A stretch of DNA of 64,000 bases from Lepidodermella squamata (taxonomy: Eukaryota; Animalia; Gastrotricha). The DNA lies in contig JBLDXI010000001.1 in assembly GCA_047495785.1 (NCBI GenBank), positions 3,162,001 to 3,226,000 of the forward strand, written 5' to 3'. The position numbers and the translations under genes were made by a program. Of the stretch, positions 12,932 through 23,164 are shown piece by piece. The first letter of the stretch is position 1. Each line of letters starts with the position of its first letter. A model generated the notes under the pieces. It saw only the letters and a list, made by a program, of their open reading frames with translations, was not told the origin of the DNA and did no database searches.

Positions 12932-14287
12932 ATGGTTCGTGAGACGCGCAACTCTAAGTTCTATACGCCTAAGGTGCCGACTGTTAATAAAGCAGCAGGC
13001 ATTCGGAAACGCGGCCGTCCTCCTAAACAGATTAATATTAGGGTGACTCCAGACGAAGTTGTAGCTCGAGCATTGGACAGTCTAGCCGAGATCCCTGAAC
13101 AGCCGACGTCGCCCCATGTCGTAAACTTACCGACTACGCCGGTTTTTTTCGGACATATTCATGTATGACAAAATTAACTTTCATACATATTATTTTTGGG
13201 TCATACTTTTTTCGGCAGAAAAGTACTTTTTCCGCAGAAAATTTCTCTTTTCGGCAGAGAGTACTCTTTTCGGCAGAGAATACTTTTTTCAGCAGAAAAT
13301 TCTACTCTTTTCCGCAGAAAATTTTTTTTTGCCGATTAAAATTAAATTTTTTTACCATAATGATCACCGTTCATTCCTGAGTCGTCCTATGTGTTCATTT
13401 CGACGATATGAGTGTTTATGTGCTATGGGTGTTGAAATGAAACTAAGATAAAAATTTGAATGCTATTTTCAATTCTGAATTCTGATTGAACTTGAGCATG
13501 AAAGAGCTATTCTTTTCATCTCCTTCATCTGGAAAACCATCAACGAATGCTTCTGTCGTGGAAGCTCCGCCTACCCGGGGGAAGAGCGGTACCTATGTGC
13601 AGGCTGGCTCGCACGAGTCATGGGACGAAGCAATTGCATCCATCCAGTTCGGATTATTCAGGCAAGACTCGGTGGTCGCATTCGACTCGAATAACTGTCG
13701 AAGGATTCCGTTGCGTTGCAAATTCTACGACAAAGTTGGGTACCAGCGCTGTAACAAACGAGCGTCTTTCGTGGAACAACCAGACGGCAGCGTCCTCGTT
13801 TATCATAACGATTGCCAGCACTGGATTAGCAGCCTGGGTGGTCTTTTGAACGGTTCAGAGGAAGACCACTTGGAGTTTCGCAACAAAACAGTGACTTGGT
13901 TGATAGACAACGAGGAATCAACGGAGCCATTTGTTGCTGGGCTGTATAAGAAGGATGCGAAACGCACATTTGACTTGCACGATTTTCGGAATCGTAGTAT
14001 GTTTAAAACTAACACGCTGTGTTAGATAATGATTGCCTTTTCTGATTTTATCTATTCGTTTTTTGTTGACACTTACCTCTGAACATGACAAAATAAACAC
14101 ATAGGACGACTCAGGAATGAACGGTGATCATTATGGTAAAAAAAATTTAATTTTAATCGACAAAAAAAAATTTTCTGCGGAAAAGAGTAGAATTTTCTGC
14201 TGAAAAAAGTATTCTCTGCCGAAAAGAGTACTCTCTGCCGAAAAGAGAAATTTTCTGCGGAAAAAAGTACTTTTCTGCCGAAAAAAG
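12932..14287 (+). mobile_element. Internally deleted Mutator-like (MULE) remnant: AT-hook, zinc-finger-like and OTU-like fragments
   Basis: KRGRPPK AT-hook; RCKFYDKVGYQRCNKRA...YHNDCQH resembles WRKY/FLYWCH-type fingers of MULE transposases; LNGSEEDHLEFRNKTVTWLIDN resembles OTU proteases. No DDE core is visible. Confidence 0.5.
13206..14287. repeat. ~190-bp inverted repeat (13206-13395 / 14096-14287) built partly of ~19-bp TTTTC(G/C)GCAGA units
   Basis: Near-perfect reverse complement; the ORF track shows the same peptide (FSAENFSFRQRVLFSAENTFFSRKF) on both strands. Confidence 0.9.
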
Positions 14288-14429
14288 GTTTCTTCTTATT
14301 TTTCATTAAATTCAAGCTGAAAACATTAGGGAAATGCCAGATGACTAGTTTTCGGTTTATGAAAAAGAAAAACGGGGTTCCGAAAGCGTAGTCAATTTTT
14401 TCCGCATGAAAATGGTTATTGGGGAAGTG

Positions 14430-16745
14430 CATAAACATAAACATAAAACATAAAAATCTTTTATTGTGTCCCCGTTAGTATCTTCAATAACTCAGCAGCA
14501 ATAAACAACAACAACAAAATAAAGTAGAAGGAGAAAGATACTAACAAGGCACGGGACAGCTACGGAGAGCCGCGCTCGTCGACGACGGTGCGCGCAAATA
14601 CACAGATGGGTGAGCAGAGGAGAGAGGGAGAGGAAAGGCGGGGTAGTTATCAAAAGCATGGGAAGCAAGGTAGAAGCAGCGGTAAAGTATGAGGGAGAAG
14701 GAGGAGGCAACAAACCAAGACGGAGAAATTGGAAGAAGAAAGGGGGAGAAGGTGAGTTAGGGTTAACCAAGAAAGGTAGGAAGAGGACCAAGAGGAAGCC
14801 GGCTATTTAGCAGTACGAAGGGTGAACGAGGTGGGGGCTGAGGCGACAGGCGGACGCTCTCGAGGTCCTCGCGCAGAGGCAGGACAAACTGGGCAGCATT
14901 TGTAGCATATCGCCTGGCACTGCGCAAAGAAGGCCGCCACACCTGGAACACGGCAGCGGCTTTCTAGCTCGGAGACACTAACGCGATCGTCGTGGCGGAC
15001 GCTGAGGATCGCCCGAAGACAGTCATTCTGGAGGACAGAGAGCCGCCGCAGCTGCTGCTTCGACGCGGTGGAGAGGCAGATGTTGCCGAACGACCAGATC
15101 GAACGGATCAGCGTGAGGTACAACATCCGCCGCCAATGACAAGAAAGACCAGGGGCGTGCAGGGCACGCCGGAAAAAACCCCATGTTATCGTGGCAGCGA
15201 GAGACGACGTGATTGATATGAGCTTTCCAGGTGAGCTTGGGGTCCAAACGTACGCCGAGCACGCGCATCGAGGAAACTTGCGGAATGCGCGAACCGTTGA
15301 GACGGAGATCCAGCGAAGCCTGGCCGAAAGGCATGGCCTCGCTTTTCGCAGGGTTGAAGTGCTGGCGCCACTTTGACGCCCATGATGAGATACGGATAAG
15401 TTCAAGCTGCGTACAGCGTTGCGCCGCCTTGAAAGACCGCCCTTCGCCCACGACGGTAAGATCGTCGGCGTAAGCCTGAAGCAGGGCACCATTGACGCTG
15501 GGCGCCGAGAGAAGGTCGGCAGTGTACAGAATATACAAAAGCGGAGAGAGCGGGAACCCTGTGGGACACCGCAGTTAACCGTGACCTGTTGACTGAGGGA
15601 TCCGGCGACACGGGCCTGGAGGCGGCGATCGCATAAGTAGTCGGCCATCCAGCCAACAAGGTTTCGCGGCAGCGGCAGCAGGGAGAGCTTGTGGATCAGA
15701 CTAGCATGCCACACAGAATCATATGCGGCCTGCACGTCGAGCCCAGCAAGGACAGTCTTCCGGCGACGAGACCCACTGTGAAAGACACGGTGAACGATCC
15801 TAAGGGGCACGTTGGGGGCTGAACGATGGGAGCGAAACGCAAACTGCCCTTCAGGCAACAGATGACGATCATCGAGGAAAGTCGTCGTCCAGCGGGCAAC
15901 GACGGCCTCAAGCAGCTTCGCATCAGTTGGAAGCAGAGAGATGGGGCGCTGAGAGGAGACCAAGTCACGGGGCTTTCCGGCTTTAGGGATGGAGACGACG
16001 ATGGCTTCTTTCCAGGCAGCAGGCACGTAGCGACTGCCAAGAGACATATTGTACAGGCGGCGAAGATGGGACTGCAGCACAGAACCTCCCCATTGGATGA
16101 AAATGTTCTGCACACCGTCCGCCCCCGGGGCCTTGAAGGGTCGAAGACGACCGACAGCGTCAGCGAGCAGCCGTTGACTGACACTGAAATCTCCAGGGCC
16201 GGGCAGACGAATCGTAGCGGAGCAGTGTAGATTGCTGTCGGCAGTGTAGTCAGCCTCCAGCTGCTGCCACCAATGGCGCGTGGCAGCGTCAGCAGCGGGA
16301 TCGGAGTATGGGAACATCGGTCGCACAAAGTGGTCGAGCAGCGCGTCGGCGAGGGCCGTCGAAGGTGGCAAGAGCCGCCCATCGTCGAGCTTCATGTAGG
16401 CGATAGACTGAGGCTGGTGGCGTTTGTCGAGGCGACGCAGGCGAGCATACGCCTCGCGGTAACGGTGCTGAGCAGACAGGGCTTCCACGTAGCGCAGGTT
16501 TGAGACATCACGCCGCAGCTGATGAGCATCCTTGGCAGCGCGAAATTCAGCATCAAACGCCCGCAGCCGCTCGCGGAGGACAGGATCCACGTGACCACCA
16601 AGTGCTCGTTCGAGGACTCGTTTCTTCTTCAGACAGAAACGCATCTCCGCAGACATAGCGACTTTCTTTAGCTGGGAGGAACGTGTTGGCGACGAGCTTC
16701 GACGATTGCGGCGTTGATGGCGGCGCGATAGACAGCGATGAGACT
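14430..16745 (-). mobile_element. 5'-truncated non-LTR (LINE) retrotransposon, reverse transcriptase with frameshifts
   Basis: KAPGADG, WKEAIVVSIPK, RPISLL, QFAFR, LDVQAAYDSV, GVPQGS, AYADD, LGVRLD motifs; 3' UTR ends in AATAAA followed by a (TTTATG)n tail at 14430-14456. Confidence 0.93.
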
Positions 16746-17343
16746 AGTAGGCTTATTATGAAAGAAAATGGAGAAATTCAATTTTGAGAATAATTTAGAC
16801 GGGGACAGCTTGGCAGGCGGGCTGCAAAAATTGGCCGTATGAACTAGAATTTCTCAGAAAACTCCGGAAAATCGGGCAGCATTTCGTCCCCGCTGTGCAT
16901 GAATTCGCAGCGATTCGTGGGTCGGATCGCGCAGAAGATCATCGAACAGGTACGGTCAGCAAGTCGTCTCCTTAGATCGATAGAACGCGCCGGGAACACT
17001 GAGCAGAAATTCAGAAAATCGGACAGCATTTTGACCCCAATTCGCAGAAATCACCACCTTGAAACTTGATTGAACTTGGAGCACTCTGCCAGCGACAGTT
17101 CCGATTCGATCACGTTGAAAACATCGACGTACCAAACACCGTTGCGACGCGCTTATCCGAAACTGAGCCATTTTCAACAACCAGAGATGAAATTCCGACG
17201 GACTGCTGTCGACTTTCTTTCATCGCCACCAAACGTGTCGTTCAAATCGAACCAGTTTCTTCGGATTGTAAAGGCGCATGGTTTTCGCGAACGTTGATTT
17301 CGAAGGAACCAACCTAACTCAACAGCCTAACTGCGGTTGACTT

Positions 17344-17630
17344 TCTAAAATTCTGGAAAAATATCTAAAAAATCCCTTGCCTCCTGTAGAATGAGAGTAT
17401 CGATTTTGTTTTCCCGAATTCAATTCCACTATTGACTGCTAATTTTTAGAATCGAACCCTCGAAAACCCTAAAATTGGCCCTCTCGATCTCTTCACCTGG
17501 GCGGTTTTAGATATTTAGATAGAATTCTTTATACCAAAATGAAGCTGGCGTTTAGCTGATAACTATTGAGGTGGAAGCAGTGAATTTTAAAGAGCCAGTT
17601 TCAGGTCAATTATACCTGCAAAGTAGCGAT
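17344..17630 (+). repeat. Dispersed repeat, copy 1 (second copy at 51350-51620)
   Basis: CTAAAATTCTG(G/A)AAAAATATCTAAAAAAT...GATCTCTTCACCTGGGCGGTTTTAG...GCTGGCGTTTAGCTG shared by both loci. Confidence 0.8.
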
Positions 17631-17660
17631 AACAGAGCACACGAGAGGCGACAGAGCTCA

Positions 17661-17919
17661 TGGAGCGGACTTGGATGAATTTTTATCGATTTTCTACAAT
17701 TTTTCGAAAATCTAACGTGGATTCATCCATTATAAAAACCTGGACTTGGTGGCGGATTCAATTCAGAACCTTTGTTGACAGCACGTGCGCCGCATGCACA
17801 TGTTGGGGTTGGAAAGAGTCCAAACCTTAATCGCAAAAGGACAGTAGTGTAAATTATGCTCTGTAAATTCCTTTGAAAAACTGTAGGAAATCGATAAAAA
17901 TTCATCTAAGTCCGCTCCA
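17661..17919. mobile_element. Small MITE with ~48-bp TIRs
   Basis: TGGAGCGGACTTGGATGAATTTTTATCGATTTTCTACA / TGTAGGAAATCGATAAAAATTCATCTAAGTCCGCTCCA. Confidence 0.75.
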
Positions 17920-18906
17920 AGTATCAAATTGTAGAGCTCGATCTGGGCTACGCGGACCACTAAAAACTGCTTCAATTTCGATTCCGCAAGTGGCGTTAAT
18001 TCATTTTATTTCTAATCGCAAAATCATTTTCTTTGATTTTGGTGGTCCATCGTTGTGATGTCACCTATCTGGAACCATCAAGAAAAATTGGGAAATTTTT
18101 AAACTTTGATCGGAACCAACAACCAAAAAATCGAATATTTTGTTTACTTGGCCTCCAAGCCTCTGATGAATCATCTGACCATCTTGCGCCCATGGCGTAC
18201 ACCCTTTTTCACGCTAGTGGGCGATCTATACTGAACTATATCTATGTGCACAGCACTTCGTGTCCAAATTTTGGCCGGTGGCCGAAGTTAGGACGCAGCG
18301 GCCGAATTTAGGAAGTGGCCGAAATTAGGGCGAGGTCCTCTATATCTATGACCCCTTCTATGGCATTGATAGTAATGAATGATTTTATTGCTCTTGTCCA
18401 AATTTCTGGCCGGTGAATATCGTTTTCCGAAGAAAAAAAATCGAACAGAAACACGTTTTTGCACAGTGATTATTTTACTTTTCGAGCAATTTGCAAAAAA
18501 ATTGCCAGATGAATTATGGCGTCAAGTGCAAAAATTATTATTCATATTACCAAAAAACTAGCAATCAGCCCCGCATTAAATTAAAAAACTAGCATTAAAT
18601 TCAGAGCTCAATTTTGGAGGATTTGAATAATTCCAGGAAAATAACGCGAAGCCGGCCGGAAATTTGGACTAGACGAGCGCCGAGCAGGAGTTAGGAGTTA
18701 TGCCCAATTTTTCCCGTTGAAATTGAAGGACAGGTCATTTGAGATAAATTGGGTTGAAATAAAAGCCCTGACTTGTCAGATGCGTTGATTTGGCCGTACT
18801 TCTTATAGAGCTCTTGAAAAGTGAAATACTGGTCACGCGACCAAGCAAACAAAAAAATGATGAATCATTTCGGCACACAGTGTTCTACAGTGTCAGATCT
18901 ATCTTT

Positions 18907-20283
18907 TTATTTATCTATGACATATATGCGACCTTCATCATCCATGATAATAGTGCTCCTGTCACGCGGCGGCTTGCCATCCTGCGTCTTCCATTTCAGC
19001 GCAGCATGAGAGGAGGCTTCACGATCGCCGTTCGGGTAGAACAGGAAAGCTCGGACAACGCGGCCTGACTGCAGCTGAGCGACCTCCATAGGCGTCAACA
19101 TTTCCTGCGTGAAGTTGGGGCTGATGCGGAGGAGACCGCGCAGACCGATGACGTTGACCGACTTAGCCGCGTTCATGATGAACGGCAGGACGGTGGCGTC
19201 CTTGCTCGAAAAGTTGGACAAGGACCTGTTCGCCATTCGCATGTTGATCTCAGCGAAATGCATGACGTGAGCACCGAACAGCGCGGCATCGTGGCACAGG
19301 GTTCGGTTGCCCCAGGCCTCGGAGTTGTTGAAGCCCTTCGTGCGAGTCATCAGCTCGTTGTCAAACTCGCCGACAGTGTAGTTCAGGGTCGTCACCATAG
19401 ACGCTTCGTTAGCTCCTCGCAGGGTACCCATGAACAACGCACCGTCCATGACCATTTCAATGTCCTTCGGTTGGCAGTCGGTAGGGGTGTCTGTTGCGTT
19501 CAGAGTGATCCAGTTGTTGAGGACGAAGACGATTTTCGGTCCGTACAGCCCGAACTTGTAGGCCTCGCAGAAGAACTGGGTGCAAGTGGTCTGGCCGCAG
19601 TTCAGCATGATGATACGCGGGTCTTTCTTGTTCAGATTGTTCACCTTTTCACCGATGTTGTAGATGTAGAACTCGGTGGTCGTGACTTCGATTCCTTCCA
19701 ATTTCGCCGCCTTGGCGAAGTTGATAGCGTCTCGGGACAAGATTTCGAACATCTCAGTGATGACGGCGACCCTCTCCCAACCCATGCGCCGGAAGAACCA
19801 GAATCGGACTTGAGCGAACAGATCTTGCGGGGTAGCGACGCGGTGGAATGAGAAGTAGAGCGGGCCGGGCGAGATGACAGGCGTACCACAGCCAGCAGCG
19901 ACTTCGACCATTGACCAGATGTGGGGCAGCACACCGACGGATTGGCAGACAGCGTCGCACATCGATCCGAGCATGACGCCAGAGGACGGTCGGCTGAGTC
20001 GGACCAAGCGGAAATACTCGCTCCTACCGACTTCAGGATCGCACCGGTCGTTGCCGTATTCCACTTCGATTTTGTGGTTCGGCAGGATTCGCTGGTTTGC
20101 GTTGACGGCATCGATGACGATTTGCATCGCCTCGCGGCACACAGGCCCAATCTTGGTGCCGTTTTGCGGGACCAACGACAACATGTAGACGGTTCCATTC
20201 TTTCGAATGGGTTGAATGTTTATCTGCGCCTCGACGCAGATAAACGCCGCCGCCACTAGGGCAACAGCTGCACAGAGTCGCAT
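18907..20283 (-). CDS. Truncated duplicate of the class C GPCR: signal peptide + Venus-flytrap domain only (~458 aa, predicted secreted; may be a pseudogene)
   Basis: About 95% identical to residues 1-441 of the 8104-10871 receptor (24 differences by hand count); diverges after PPRD and stops 17 aa later; no 7TM sequence is visible downstream. Confidence 0.75.
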   Translation of the reverse strand: MRLCAAVALVAAAFICVEAQINIQPIRKNGTVYMLSLVPQNGTKIGPVCREAMQIVIDAVNANQRILPNHKIEVEYGNDRCDPEVGRSEYFRLVRLSRPSSGVMLGSMCDAVCQSVGVLPHIWSMVEVAAGCGTPVISPGPLYFSFHRVATPQDLFAQVRFWFFRRMGWERVAVITEMFEILSRDAINFAKAAKLEGIEVTTTEFYIYNIGEKVNNLNKKDPRIIMLNCGQTTCTQFFCEAYKFGLYGPKIVFVLNNWITLNATDTPTDCQPKDIEMVMDGALFMGTLRGANEASMVTTLNYTVGEFDNELMTRTKGFNNSEAWGNRTLCHDAALFGAHVMHFAEINMRMANRSLSNFSSKDATVLPFIMNAAKSVNVIGLRGLLRISPNFTQEMLTPMEVAQLQSGRVVRAFLFYPNGDREASSHAALKWKTQDGKPPRDRSTIIMDDEGRIYVIDK

Positions 20284-21145
20284 GCTGATATGAGACTTCA
20301 CAAAAAAATGAGCTCTTCACGAGCGTTGTTTGCTAATGATGAAATTCAATCTTTTTGTTTATGACGACGCTCACCTCCGCGCGTACAGCTGCTTTCTGCT
20401 GAAAATTGAGATGATCACACGAAGTTCGATTAGGAGGAAAAAAGATGAAAGGAAAAGCCTCTCTCCAGTTGAAATTGTTCTTATTGATCCAGCTCGCATA
20501 CCTCGATCAACTAAAATGAAAGAGGCAGAATAACCGACATGGAAGGGATTCAAGGGATTCGTCGCTATAAAACATTTGTATCACCACTTTTTTCTTTTTT
20601 TTTGGTTTCATTGTTTATTATTGATCAAATAAATGCAAATTGAATAAAGCCCAACTGACCTAGTTGTCTAATAATTAAATTTGAATAATATTAGATATTA
20701 TTTTATAAATATTTAATAATTAGGCATGTAATCTAAACATTTTCAGTGCTTTGACGTGTTTGAATACGATAGTCGCCTGATTGTCTAGTAATAATTGCAA
20801 TCGGCCTTTTTCTTGTAATCGCCATGTTCGGCCTATATTTACAGGTTAATCAACGTTTTAGCAAAATTCACATCATTTTTTTAAGATTATTACTTGTTGT
20901 TCCACTTCTGAGAAACAAAAAAACGGCATCGTATGCGTCGCTGTATTAAGTGTCATTTTTTACACGGTTCCCGTGCACTTCAAGACCAGGTGGCTCAGCT
21001 GAAAGTCAGCTTTTTTAGCGTGATCTTGAACCGTTAAACCGCGCAGCAATCGATCCGTTTGCGCAGGCGCTAAATGTGTTGCCTTGTTAATTGAGTGGCA
21101 TTAAGCAGTTGTCAAATAAAAAAACGATCATACATCTTGAAGTTT

Positions 21146-22008
21146 ATGAGAGTTTTAATTTTCGCACTTTTCGCGCTTGGAGGCGCTGTCCTCCAAGTTG
21201 AAGGTAGACAACTTTGAATGAAACCTCCATTTTGCTAAATTCAAGCTGAAAACAGGTCAAAACCTCGGGCGCTTTACGTATCAAAGCGGGTTCGAATGTT
21301 CGGATACTGATATGAAAGACTTTCCGGCGCTGACGACCTTGGATGCGTGCAAGGCGCGTTGTCTGTGGATTCCCAAGTGCTTTACGGGTTCGTTCGTGAA
21401 TGGCAAGTGCAAGCTGAAGTCAGGATACTGCACGGCGAACGCGACTGCCGCCGGCGGTACGCTGTTCACGAGGGCTGGTTTCAGGCGCTGCCTCATCTGC
21501 AAAAGCGGTCAATTCTGCCAGCAAACTTCGCGCGTTTGCTACACCCTCGGACAGTGTTCAGTAATCAATTGCCAATTTTTTCCCAGCCCTTCATTTTTCG
21601 TATTTCTAGCGCAATAACGGAGAGAATGGAATTTGGGAACAAGCTTGCGACTGTGAACCCGGTAAAACTTGCTGCGATACTGATTACTGCAACTGCATCG
21701 GCGACCAGTGCAGGCAATACAACCAGGTAATTTTCTCGACTTATGTATAGTAATTTCCTAACTTATTTTTATAGACCAGCGCTAGAGCGCCGTATTCGGA
21801 AGTCTATACCGTTTACTCAAATTGGCACAAAAAGTCGAACAGCGGTCGTAAAATCCCGAACGAACTGTTCGTCCAGCAAAACAGCTATGCCCTCGGCATG
21901 CAGGCTCTATTCCGCAATCGCGGCGGCCCGGCTCCAGGCGCCGCTGCTCCCAAATGGGGTGCAGCGCCTAAATGGGGTGCTGCGTCCTCTGGTGGAGCTT
22001 GGGGCTAA
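21146..22008 (+). CDS. Secreted Cys-rich protein: PAN/apple-like + Ly6/three-finger-like domain + WG-repeat tail (exons 21146-21203, 21256-21560, 21610-21726, 21775-22008; 237 aa)
   Basis: Signal MRVLIFALFALGGAVLQVEG; DACKARCLWIPKC...CKLKS (PAN pattern); RCLIC...CCDTDYCN (LU pattern); three ~50-nt GT-AG introns keep frame. Confidence 0.78.
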
Positions 22009-22159
22009 ATAAATAAAACGAAACCATCCGTAACACCCCTTGCCTTATCTATTAAAACCCTACCCTCTTGAGTTGGTTTGGCGTGAAATTTAATAAAATT
22101 TCAAAAAAATTCAGGTTAATAAACGCTTTAAGGAGGTTTTTTCATTTTTTTATTTCATT

Positions 22160-23164
22160 TTATCGATAATCGTGGCCGAGTTGAAAAAATGTTTTCTGAT
22201 TAATTTCAGCCGGTTGCCGGACCATTCGAACAGTAGATTCTTCGAGTCGGCCATCCGCACTGCCTCGGTTCAATCCTCCACTGCTGTGTTCTACGTTACT
22301 ATAACGAACGCGGCCGTTGTTGGATTCGGACTCGTTATTGACGTGTTCGCGCTCATCAGCTTCGCCTGAGCTGTCAGTCGCGCGCTCTAATTGCGACGCG
22401 CATTGGGGCCGAGCGCGAATGTCGACCAGTGTGTCATTGCAGCAGGCTAAATATTGAGGCGATACGGTCATTGGGTAGTAAATGCCGCCGCAGCACAGCT
22501 GGCCTTTACCGGTCCTTGGGTACAGCATCGAGCCGCAGCATAAAAACGCAGTTTTCCTAGTTAAAAAATCAGTAATTTATTCCAACTTAAACAAATTATT
22601 TTACGAACTTAATTTATAAATTAATTAAATTTTATCAAATTTTAAATAAATAAAATTTAATTCAAAAAATCGAATTTTACCTGGATTTTCTAAATTTTAA
22701 GAAGATAGCCCTGACGTTACCTGTAAAGCCTCCTAGTGCAGCAACCCAAGGATCCGATCGGGAAATAGGATAAAGGTTCATTGACCTCATCATCCGGGTC
22801 GATAGTTGTCCATAACAGCGTATCATCCTCGGTACAAAACGGCTTTTTCGGCGAACCAGCCTTCGACTCAACTGGCTCAGATGTTGTAGTCGATGATTTC
22901 AGGCGAATATTGTTTCTCCTCCGCGGCATTATTTCATCGTAAATTATGTTGTTTTTGTTGATGGTTCGATGCGTGTCCTTACCATCATCTTCCGAAGTTT
23001 CTTCACCGTCATCTACGTTATTATCCGCATTTTCTTCGCTGTTCTCAGCTCGGCCTAACGCTGTCATTGGAACCGGCGGCGCCATGCCATCCGGGTCATG
23101 GTAATGCCGATGAGTTTTAGTGCTCGACTGATTTTTTTGGCATTGACTTATTCTGGCGTCATAT
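22160..23164 (-). CDS. Galaxin-like di-cysteine repeat protein, last two exons (23164-22721, 22556-22160); 5' exons not located
   Basis: GCCTRRLYR|KTAFLCCGSMLY...LCCGGIYY...ACCNDTL repeats; in-frame phase-2 intron GTAACG...AACTAG. Confidence 0.55.

Noticed and set aside
13206-13330. Regularly spaced ~19-bp repeats resembling a CRISPR array
   Set aside because: No unique spacers, eukaryotic context, and part of an inverted-repeat arm.
14492-14810. Hydrophobic and basic ORFs on both strands
   Set aside because: Pyrimidine-rich 3' UTR of the LINE.
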